DNA from: Nemertoderma westbladi
Lineage: Eukaryota > Animalia > Xenacoelomorpha
Direction: 5' to 3'
Assembly: GCA_032718475.1 (NCBI GenBank)
Contig: JAUCBJ010007484.1
Span: 1 to 64,000 of the forward strand
Length of the DNA: 64,000 nucleotides
Shown here: positions 1 through 8,561 of the stretch, in pieces
How positions within the stretch are numbered: the stretch's first letter is position 1
Layout of the letters: each line of letters opens with the position of its first letter
Program-made: the position numbers and the translations under genes
Notes under the pieces: generated by a model
The model's input: the letters and a program-made list of their open reading frames with translations, nothing else
What the model was told of the DNA's origin: nothing
Databases searched by the model: none

Positions 1-2
1 CT

Positions 3-3000
3 TCTTGATTGGCGTAGCTCTGGAGGTTTACGTATCTTCTTTAACCAATTCTGAGCAACTTTCTTACAATATGCGAGTATATGGACCGCTCGAGACCAGG
101 TGTTAATACTTTGAAGCCGTTCAAATATTTTATTCTCGATTGACCGAGTTAAAGACACCGTAAGGAGAGTTACTACTCCCATGGATCCTTCGTGATGAAA
201 TACTTCTCTCTTGTAATTACTTTGGTTGGCCAATCCCTTGATTTCTTTCACCTTTGGGACCTTCAATTCTAGTTGTTGCTCATCTTTCATTGAAAATTTC
301 GGCTGCTGTGGCCAGTTTTCCTGAGATTTTCGTAGAAAACTCGGTCCAGCAAACCATAATTCATTTTCTTGTAATTTCTGAACTCCACAACCTCTTGAAG
401 CCACATCGGCGGGATTTTCGTTACCAGGGCACCAAAACCATTGTTCACTCTTCGATCGATCCAGGATCTGTGCGCACCTGTTTGCGACGTATGTTTTGAG
501 ATTCTGTTTAGTGTTTAGGTAAACTAACACCAATCTGGCGTCAGTCCAAAAGAATAGTTGAGGTTTGTATGTTAGCATCTCTTGAACTTCGATAGTTATC
601 TTCGAAGAGACTGTAGCAGCTAAGAGTTCTGCTCGAGGCATTGAGATGTAAGACTTGCTCGCAATAACTTTAGACTTTGACATAACAAATGCTACTTCAA
701 CATCACCATTTGGAGTTTGTCGTCGTAAATATATTGTCACTCCAATCGCTTTCTCACTTGCATCACTAAATGCATGAAGTTGGTATTTTGAACTCTCTGC
801 AACTAATGAGAAATACCATCGAGGAATCTTCATTTCTTTAACTGTGACGATTTGATCTAACCATAATTGCCATTGGTTTAGAATATCCACATCAGTTATC
901 GCATCATCCCAATCGTAATGAAGTTTCCATAACTGTTGAAACACTAATCTAGCCAATAAGATTACTGGGCTGATAAATCCCACAGGATCATAAAATGATG
1001 CCAATAGACTTAAGACCAGCCGCTTGGTCCATCTCTGTGGAGTCTTCCAGGGCTTCCACCTCACATAGAGGATATCATCATTGGGATTCCAGCCCAAACC
1101 TAATGACTTAGATTCTGGAATCAGTTCTCTAATGAACTCGTTGTCTGGTGCGACGCGTAACTCTCGTGGTATTGATTGTAGGAGCTCTTTCGAATTACTA
1201 CAGAACTTATTCAGATTAAAACCTCCTTTCGAAAGGCAATCGATTAGTTGGGTGGAAATTGTCTTCTCTGTGTCGAGATAATCACCACTTCGCAGACAAT
1301 CGTCCACATAGAAATCCCGAAGGATGGTAATCAAGACTTCCTTGATATAATCGTGACTGAAATCTCTGCCAGTTTGATTGACAGCATTGATTGCCACGCA
1401 TGGTGAATCCAGTTTACCAAACACATGTATGGTAAAATTATATTCTATTGGCTCGCCTCTCATCTCGGAATCTGGCCACCAAAGAAAACGCAATGCTTCC
1501 CGATCTTGTGGGGGGACAAACACTTGATGGAACATCGCTTCAATGTCGCAGTTCCATGCGAAACGATGTTCTCGAAACCGAAGAATGATCCCTAATAGGG
1601 AATTGATGACATTTGGTCCACTTAAGAGCTCATCATTCAAAGATTTACCTTTGAATTTGGAGGATGCGTTGTTAACTACCCGTACCTTCCCGGGCTTGTC
1701 CGGGTGAGTAACAGAGTGATGAGGAAGGTAATTTGTTCGATCCGTTGATTCCTTGGGATTATCAATCGGTACGAGATAACCCTTCTCTCTGTAATCATCA
1801 ATTTGTGTGCAGTAGTGATGATGGAGAACCTCATTCTTTAGGAGTTTCTTCCTTTGTGCCATCGCTTGTCTGTAAGCAACAGTTCTATTATTCGGTAATC
1901 TGGGGGTATCATTTTTCCACAACATCCCAGTTTGATAATGCCCATTTGGAAGTCTTTTTGTGGTCGTCTCGAGGATTTCCTTAGCTCGTTTTTCTTCAAC
2001 ACCAGGAGTGCTGTTCCATGATCCAGATTCAGGTGTATCTTTAATGAAATATTTATTAACCATTTCATACATCGCCTTGTCTTGACAAGCTATCTGACAG
2101 AGATGATCTTGTATAATCGGATCAAGTTTCAACCAAAGTTGAGGGTCATTATATATGTCTTGAAGATTTGTAGTCATGAGAGAATTGTTTACTCTCTCAT
2201 ATATATCAACACACGTATCAAAGTCAACAACTGTGTTAGTACATTCTGTGACAAAATCAATCTCTGGGTTTTCTTTCTCTTGCAGCTGATCGAATGTGGC
2301 ATTATCTAAAGTTCGAATCAATCGGTTATAAACCGATCTCATTGGGGCCCTGCGATACCAACCAAAAACTGTTTGGACTGCACACATCTGGAGCATTTTT
2401 GGTTTCTCAGGTTTATATGCAAAGATATGATGTGCCTCAAATATATCTAGTCCCAGTAAAACCGAAATTTGTTGGTTTCCATGAACTTCTACTCTTGGTA
2501 CTCCGAGTGTTCTTACAAAGTATTCCTCTTCTTTGGTATTCCATGGCATAGGGTGTTCGAATGAGTCCGCTAAACCATTGATAGCCTTCAACTGTATAGA
2601 AGTCACTGGTAATGACTCAGGTTCTCCTGATAACTCTGGTGAAGGAGCATCAAGTTCGCAATTGAAAATGCCAACATCTACTTCTTGTTCACCATTTAAC
2701 ATTGATATCGTATGTTGACGGATCTTTCCAACTGAACCCAACTTCTTCGCAACTTCTATATCGATATAACTAGTTGTGCTCGCATTGTCTAACACGGCAT
2801 ACAGTACTTCAGATGCTTTATTGCCGATAACCTTAAGGGGAATGACCCTAAAAGACTTCATATAGCTGTTAGCTGTGGTGTGTGTTGATATCTTAAAGGT
2901 TGCATCTGTTTCGGATTCTAGCCAAGATGATGAATGTATATCTTCTTCACTCTCCACAGATGTATCTGTATGTTCTGATTCATTTTCCATAGAGACTACT

Positions 3001-5786
3001 TTAACTGTCTTCTTCTTTTGAGCAATTTTGTTCGTCTTGGAAGCAGAAGAGGTAGAGTGTGGTGCCAAGACTGTACCAGTTGCGTCATGAGATATTTGAT
3101 TTGTCTTATTTTGCTTCAACTCTATCAATGAAAAATCTTTATGTAAAGTCTCATGGTGCTGCTTGTCACATTTTGAACATGCTTTGACACTTTGGCATTG
3201 CTTTACAACATGCTGATAAGACAAGCACTTATAACAAAAATTTAAAGATCTTGCCAGATTTCGCCTTGTCTCCAAAGGTAAAGAAGTATAGGCCTTACAC
3301 TTTAACATTGTCACATGTCCATTATTACACATTGGACACAATCTTTGTTTTATAATCTTCTTGTGTCCAGAGTTCTCATACTTCAGTTTATTGTCCAGCG
3401 TCTTGTTGACCTGTCGAGTCACTGCTGTTACCACCCGGTCGAAGTTGTTCGCAGATAAACTTGAATCACTTGCACTAAGACTTTCAGATGCGGAATCTGA
3501 TTGGACAGTTGTGAAAGTAACACGTTTGTCTCGCGGGATCAACTTGCGGAAGGAAAACTGATCTGACTTTGTTGTCTTATTAGTTGAAGTTCGTGGTCGG
3601 TTTCTCTCTTCACTTCCAGGTAACTGGCCTGTGCAGAATGGTATATTAAGAGCACGAGCTTCATCGCCTAGTAAATGAAGGAAGTCATCTAACTTCTCCT
3701 GACAACCAATACCGCGATCTCTGATCCTCCGTACCTCACGTCTCCATTTCCGTTGGAAATCGATGGGTAGTCGAGAAGCAATATGTCCGATTGCTTCCCA
3801 ATTCTCAATGAGTTCACTCTGCCTAAAACGTTTAAGAGTCCATAGGTCAGATACCAGCTCCTGGTGGAAGTGGAGCATTTCCCTATCGCCTTTGACAGGT
3901 GGACCAAATTTAAGTTTCTTGGATATGTTTCCCGCTAATGCACGGGGGTCTCCGTAGTAGTATTCAAGATTATTCCAGGCATCTCGGAACTCATTGGGGT
4001 TACCACGGTATCCCTGTACTAGTTTACGGGGAGATCCTTCAAGGAAATTGCATAAATAGGCATATTTCTCATGTTCGGAGAAAGACCGGCGGGAAACAAA
4101 GTCCTCGAAGTCTAGATAGAAATTTAGCCATTTCTCAAGTTTTCCATCGAACTTGGTTATTTGCAGGGCTGGTAGCAGTTGACGCGCCGACCAGTCCTCC
4201 ATCTTGTCTGCTAAAATTCGTCCCATCTCGAAATCCTTGTGGGTAGCTGATGGTTTACGTTCGCTCTCAGGTGGATGATTATAACCAGAGTGAGGCGGGT
4301 ATTTAGGCGGAGGCCGGTCTCCATCACCTTTTCCTCCTGTCATAAACGGTCCATTAACTTGTGGGAACGTGTCTTCCGTTCTATAATCACGGTACTCAGG
4401 ATGGTATTGAGGATAAGAGAATGGTGCTGGCATGTTAGATCTTCGACCTCGTGGAATAAAGAGTTTCTCTCCGTCTTCAGAGTTATCTTTCTTCCCTCTG
4501 GTAGTGTACGATTCAGAAATATCAGAGTCTGTACGAAGATCCTGCATTCGTTGGTTTGCCTTACCTGTGGCAAGTCTATCCGAACTCTTTGACCCGTTGT
4601 TCATACTCTTACTATCATTCATCTCGCGAATGGCTGAGACCATCTTATCTCCAATTTGACTAGCCATGTCACTGAACATATTCTTTATCAGTCCTAGGAA
4701 CTTCTGTTCATCCGTTTCGGAATCCAAGTGGTTCTGTTCAACCTCTTCGCGAAATCGGGTGTTCTTCCTCGGGACTCTATGATCGTCTTGATCTATGTCT
4801 CGATCCGAAACACATGTATCTCGATCATTAAATGTCTCACGAGATACCGGGACCCACATGTCACCCTTCTTATCATAAATCTGAGTCGATTTACCATCAT
4901 ATAACCAATCCTCCTTAGAATGTGATACATGAGTTTTACGCCGTTCTAGAACACTATGCGGGTCCAATGGTTGATAAGGGTTTTGATCAGTTATGGTGCC
5001 AGATCTTTCCGAACTCATAGAAGGGTTAACCCTAAATGGTAGATGAGTAATCCTATCAGTAATACCTTGACCAGCGGTTACAATTATTGCGGGTTCTTGT
5101 TCTCGGGAAAACGTTGTCTTGGATATTCCCGTAACTAGGGTTACAAGCTGATCTATGCGGCGATGATCCTCGTCCCGTTCTGTGGCCGCCTTTCGACGAT
5201 CTTCTTTTATTACATCACTCATTCTACCTACTGTACTTGCTAGAGCAGCTACAGTGATGGCTAAATCAACAGGACTTGTAATGTGAGTAGGATTTATAGT
5301 CGAAATCTTATCAGTCTCAACCAACTTTACTGTAGATACAGCATCTAAATAATCAACGGAGAGATCTAAATCTAAATCATCCTCTGCTCTACTTAACCGT
5401 AGAGGTATTAAAAATTGAGTAGGTAATTTCACGGCAATGAGCTTTAATTTATCGCTCGTCTGCTTTACCTCGTTATAAAAGGTCTCAATTTGATCATCCA
5501 CCGTCTTAGAGGTGTCTTTCATGTACTGATAAAATTCGGAGTGCATTTTTAGCTCTGAATTAGCGGACTCAATATAAAAGTTTAACAGAGTTTTAGAATC
5601 TTCATAAAACTCTAAAATATCATTAATTAAATTATTGACTTCAATAGAAGTCAACTCTGGGTCAGTACCCGATTTACCCTGCAAACTAAGTGAAGCTTTG
5701 TTAATCTGCTTGGTAAACCGGCTCTTCAAGTTACCACACACCTTTCTATAGTTCGAAACAGTTAATGGCTCTGCTGTAGTAGGCAT
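3..5786 (-). CDS. BEL/Pao gag-pol polyprotein, partial (at least 1928 codons, 3' end outside window)
   Basis: Manual translation gives MPTTAEPLTVSNYRKVCGNLKSRFTKQIN from 5786. The same frame holds LPALQITKFDGKLEKWLNF (DUF1759-like, ~4100-4185), three zinc knuckles (CPMCNNGH..C; CYKCLSYQHVVKQC; CSKCDKQHHETLH, ~3140-3340), protease YAVLDNAS (~2780-2800), RT YLPHHSV, CDIEAMFHQV, LRFLWW and DFYVDD (YVDD 1299-1310), RNase H QLHAFSDASEKA (~750-785) and NPADVASRG (~390-416). The frame is still open at base 3. An internal stop would have produced a large entry in the ORF track, and none is listed. Confidence 0.93.
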   Translation of the reverse strand, partial: MPTTAEPLTVSNYRKVCGNLKSRFTKQINKASLSLQGKSGTDPELTSIEVNNLINDILEFYEDSKTLLNFYIESANSELKMHSEFYQYMKDTSKTVDDQIETFYNEVKQTSDKLKLIAVKLPTQFLIPLRLSRAEDDLDLDLSVDYLDAVSTVKLVETDKISTINPTHITSPVDLAITVAALASTVGRMSDVIKEDRRKAATERDEDHRRIDQLVTLVTGISKTTFSREQEPAIIVTAGQGITDRITHLPFRVNPSMSSERSGTITDQNPYQPLDPHSVLERRKTHVSHSKEDWLYDGKSTQIYDKKGDMWVPVSRETFNDRDTCVSDRDIDQDDHRVPRKNTRFREEVEQNHLDSETDEQKFLGLIKNMFSDMASQIGDKMVSAIREMNDSKSMNNGSKSSDRLATGKANQRMQDLRTDSDISESYTTRGKKDNSEDGEKLFIPRGRRSNMPAPFSYPQYHPEYRDYRTEDTFPQVNGPFMTGGKGDGDRPPPKYPPHSGYNHPPESERKPSATHKDFEMGRILADKMEDWSARQLLPALQITKFDGKLEKWLNFYLDFEDFVSRRSFSEHEKYAYLCNFLEGSPRKLVQGYRGNPNEFRDAWNNLEYYYGDPRALAGNISKKLKFGPPVKGDREMLHFHQELVSDLWTLKRFRQSELIENWEAIGHIASRLPIDFQRKWRREVRRIRDRGIGCQEKLDDFLHLLGDEARALNIPFCTGQLPGSEERNRPRTSTNKTTKSDQFSFRKLIPRDKRVTFTTVQSDSASESLSASDSSLSANNFDRVVTAVTRQVNKTLDNKLKYENSGHKKIIKQRLCPMCNNGHVTMLKCKAYTSLPLETRRNLARSLNFCYKCLSYQHVVKQCQSVKACSKCDKQHHETLHKDFSLIELKQNKTNQISHDATGTVLAPHSTSSASKTNKIAQKKKTVKVVSMENESEHTDTSVESEEDIHSSSWLESETDATFKISTHTTANSYMKSFRVIPLKVIGNKASEVLYAVLDNASTTSYIDIEVAKKLGSVGKIRQHTISMLNGEQEVDVGIFNCELDAPSPELSGEPESLPVTSIQLKAINGLADSFEHPMPWNTKEEEYFVRTLGVPRVEVHGNQQISVLLGLDIFEAHHIFAYKPEKPKMLQMCAVQTVFGWYRRAPMRSVYNRLIRTLDNATFDQLQEKENPEIDFVTECTNTVVDFDTCVDIYERVNNSLMTTNLQDIYNDPQLWLKLDPIIQDHLCQIACQDKAMYEMVNKYFIKDTPESGSWNSTPGVEEKRAKEILETTTKRLPNGHYQTGMLWKNDTPRLPNNRTVAYRQAMAQRKKLLKNEVLHHHYCTQIDDYREKGYLVPIDNPKESTDRTNYLPHHSVTHPDKPGKVRVVNNASSKFKGKSLNDELLSGPNVINSLLGIILRFREHRFAWNCDIEAMFHQVFVPPQDREALRFLWWPDSEMRGEPIEYNFTIHVFGKLDSPCVAINAVNQTGRDFSHDYIKEVLITILRDFYVDDCLRSGDYLDTEKTISTQLIDCLSKGGFNLNKFCSNSKELLQSIPRELRVAPDNEFIRELIPESKSLGLGWNPNDDILYVRWKPWKTPQRWTKRLVLSLLASFYDPVGFISPVILLARLVFQQLWKLHYDWDDAITDVDILNQWQLWLDQIVTVKEMKIPRWYFSLVAESSKYQLHAFSDASEKAIGVTIYLRRQTPNGDVEVAFVMSKSKVIASKSYISMPRAELLAATVSSKITIEVQEMLTYKPQLFFWTDARLVLVYLNTKQNLKTYVANRCAQILDRSKSEQWFWCPGNENPADVASRGCGVQKLQENELWFAGPSFLRKSQENWPQQPKFSMKDEQQLELKVPKVKEIKGLANQSNYKREVFHHEGSMGVVTLLTVSLTRSIENKIFERLQSINTWSRAVHILAYCKKVAQNWLKKIRKPPELRQSR

Positions 5787-5878
5787 TATGATAATTAATT
5801 AATTTATTATTCTACAAAATTACAGTTTGTATTATAATCTAAAAATAATATTATTAAGAATATAATCAAGAACAATGG

Positions 5879-5890
5879 CTTGGGTCACCA
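5879..5890 (-). promoter_or_regulatory. Candidate primer-binding site TGGTGACCCAAG
   Basis: The minus strand reads ...AACCA-TGGTGACCC. Nine nt match the complement of the usual eukaryotic tRNA-Trp 3' end (TGGTGACCCCG, from recall). It lies about 95 nt upstream of the gag ATG. Confidence 0.4.
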
Positions 5891-6088
5891 TGGTTCTATT
5901 AGAAGAACGTGACGGACACTTACACACATTTAAACATATTAAACTAAAACACACGCTTGGATACATTCCGCACTTACTGTAACAGACTGTACTGTATATA
6001 CAGTACACGTAGTACACGATACTGTATACGCGTACGTAGGAAATTCATTCATACTAACTAGCATGGCATAATTGAAAGGGGGGCACCG

Positions 6089-7483
6089 TGTAAGAACGGA
6101 ACAGCCACCACCCGCGGGATAAATCCCGCGAACCTCACTGCAGATCCCAAATGACCCGAGAGGTTCTCAAGAAGGTACGTCCGGCTTCCAAAATGACAGA
6201 CGTCCTTATACACAACATTATAAAGAACAAGAAACATACATAACGTATGAATTTCCTACACACACGTACTGTACTGTACATCACATGTACACCACGCCAC
6301 TGAGCAGTGCACGGAACATACCAAAACGTTGCCAATAAAATATATCTAAACATGACTCAAAGGATGGAACATAAACAAACATGTACAGATAAATACAAAT
6401 CCGATATTACTATTGAGACTGAAAATTTATAAGATCCAATACGAAGGAATCACTACACGTATTTTAGTGTAAAATGCGGAACTAATATCGCATTTCGTTT
6501 ATGTAGTTAGTGTGTGATTTTCTAACTTATTTAAAATAATCCGGACTATAATTAGGGAGAATTAACGTATTTATACCTTATCTAAAAGGCTAAAAAGCAT
6601 TGGCAATATTTAGGCCCATTATCGTGACAAACGAATAAATAACAGATCGGATTTATATTTATACTGACCATGACATATCAAGGGTGAAATCACTAATACT
6701 AATTAATATACTATAGCCTTGGGGCGAACAGGAAGATCCACACGAAACCGAGTAGGGATCGAAGTGACAGCCGTCGCTGAATAAACAGGCTGCGGTCTTC
6801 ATAGATACCAGGTGATTTCCCGCCAGGCGTTCGTCCTTATTGCGTCCTCCACGTCATTCCGAGAGAAACTCCGGTGACCCAAGACCTCGCCCTTTAGTGA
6901 CTAAGGGCGACCATGCTTCTCATAACAAGTTTATAAGAAAATAACTAAACCAAATCTCATTATAATTGCCGTAAGAGTGGCGCTAAAATACGGTAACTTG
7001 TCCCGTATTCTCTGGAAAATATAGCCGGGTACCAAATATACAAATGAATCAAATAAAAGGATAAAGAATAACGAAATATTAAATATATTATTAACGATAT
7101 TAGATAGTCGTTAATATTACTAGCAAAAAACAAACAATGAATATTATTTTTACTCAACTCTAAAAGCTAATCAATGATACATAGCAAAACAGAGCTGTAA
7201 TTGATTTTGAGAGTAGCCAATCACAGATTAGACATTCCCAATAGTACCATTAGCTAAGCTACATATAAACAGCTGTTTGTATAGAGTAACAAGAATTCTC
7301 TACCTAATTATAATTAGAGCATATCCCTTGGCGTGAGCAAAGCTCCGAAGGGAAACGATAACCAATAATGAACACTATGATAATAATACAAATGCGACTG
7401 GACAGTCACAATTATAACTTTACAACCTATAAATTTGATTTGAAATAAAGACTTATTTTACAAGGTGCGCGTAGAATCTTACA
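6089..7483. repeat. Candidate 5' LTR of the BEL/Pao element (outer end well supported, inner end uncertain)
   Basis: Bounded by a 7-bp terminal inverted repeat, TGTAAGA (6089) ... TCTTACA (7483). Alternative inner ends where CA is directly followed by TGG on the minus strand exist at 5891 and 6914. The second LTR is not in the window to compare. Confidence 0.55.
6899..6935 (-). promoter_or_regulatory. Candidate LTR core promoter: TATAAA plus Inr-like TTAGTC
   Basis: Minus-strand TATAAA at 6935-6930 and TTAGTC at 6904-6899, with the A about 33 nt downstream of the TATA start. Oriented toward gag. Confidence 0.35.
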
Positions 7484-8240
7484 CTGCTTCTAGTGTTGGT
7501 CTTTTTATTAACTCCAGAAAGACCACAATTCTGACCGTTAACTTTGAAACTCCTCAGCAAGTCTCTGATCGGATGAGCATAAGCTCAAAGGATGGTATGC
7601 TTGAGCATGTCGACGACATCTGTTACCTGGGATCATGGATCCGGAAGTCAGGTGAGGACCTTCGAATACGTAAGGGAAAGGCATGGGCAGCCTTGAATAG
7701 GCTTTCCAGGATTTGGAAGTCACCGAGAATTAATCGGAAACTTAAGGTCCGATTATTTAGAGAAGCAGTAGTTCCAGTACTCCTCTATGGGAGTCCATGC
7801 TGGGCTCTAACTGCTGAGGACACCAAATCTCTGGATGGCACATTCACAAGAATGCTACGCCGGGTTCATTGTGTCAAGTACAATGCACACATCTCCAACC
7901 AGACACTATATAACATTGGAGGTGTCTCATTGGTTCCCCCAAGCTTGACACTAGAACAAAATCGCCTCCGCTTTGCAGGACATTGCTTTCGCCGTGAGGA
8001 CCAGCCAGTGCATAATCTTGTACTTTGGCAGCCTCATGGAGTGAATAAGCATGTTGGACAGCCCATGACTTTCTTGAGACGCATCTTAAAGGACACTGGC
8101 CTTAAAGATGCGGATGATCTAGCAAATGTCATGGGTGATAGGGAGTTGTGGCGGTGCAATTTTGTTGACAAGCCGGCACAGCATTCTTAAAAATGCAGCT
8201 GCAATGCAGCATGCCGATCCTAGTAGTAGTAGTAGTAGTA
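7484..8240 (+). mobile_element. RTE-clade LINE, 3' fragment (copy 1) with (TAG)n tail
   Basis: Encodes the RT thumb/C-terminus (YLGSWI, IWKS..I...KVRLF, LLYGSPCW, RLRFAGHCFR) with stop at 8190, a ~30-bp 3'UTR, then tagtagtagtagtagtagta at 8221-8240. Near-identical to 10333-11074. Confidence 0.9.
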
Positions 8241-8561
8241 ACATAGAGTGATAGACTGAATTGTGAATTACGCCCTTATTGTGATTAATAATCACTTTGC
8301 AGTCTGCTCAACTTTTCAGCATATTATTAGAAAAAATTGTCATAAATGACTACACCTACAGTACTATAGGGCCTACCCTGTTATTTAGCGTGATAAACGT
8401 ATAATCAGATGAATTCATCCCAAACCATTGGCATTCCATGATACTGTATATAGGGCCTAGACCCCTATGTTGATATCAGTATCCATTGTAGCCAAGTCAG
8501 GTCAGGTCAGGTCCCCAGATCCTGCTACCACTATGGCTGAAATGTGGTACTACCTGTAGCT

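Larger units (their letters stand above)
1..7483 (-). mobile_element. BEL/Pao (Belpaoviridae) LTR retrotransposon, 5' portion; integrase and 3' LTR lie beyond the left edge
   Basis: Minus-strand gag-PR-RT-RNaseH ORF with Pao-type motifs. The element boundary reads TGTAAGA on the minus strand from 7483, and RTE sequence starts abruptly at 7484. Confidence 0.93.

Noticed and set aside
254-4659. Many short ORFs over the first 4.7 kb
   Set aside because: Shadow frames of the minus-strand BEL gag-pol ORF.
6089-7483. Solo LTR
   Set aside because: The flanks CACCG and CTGCT do not form a TSD.
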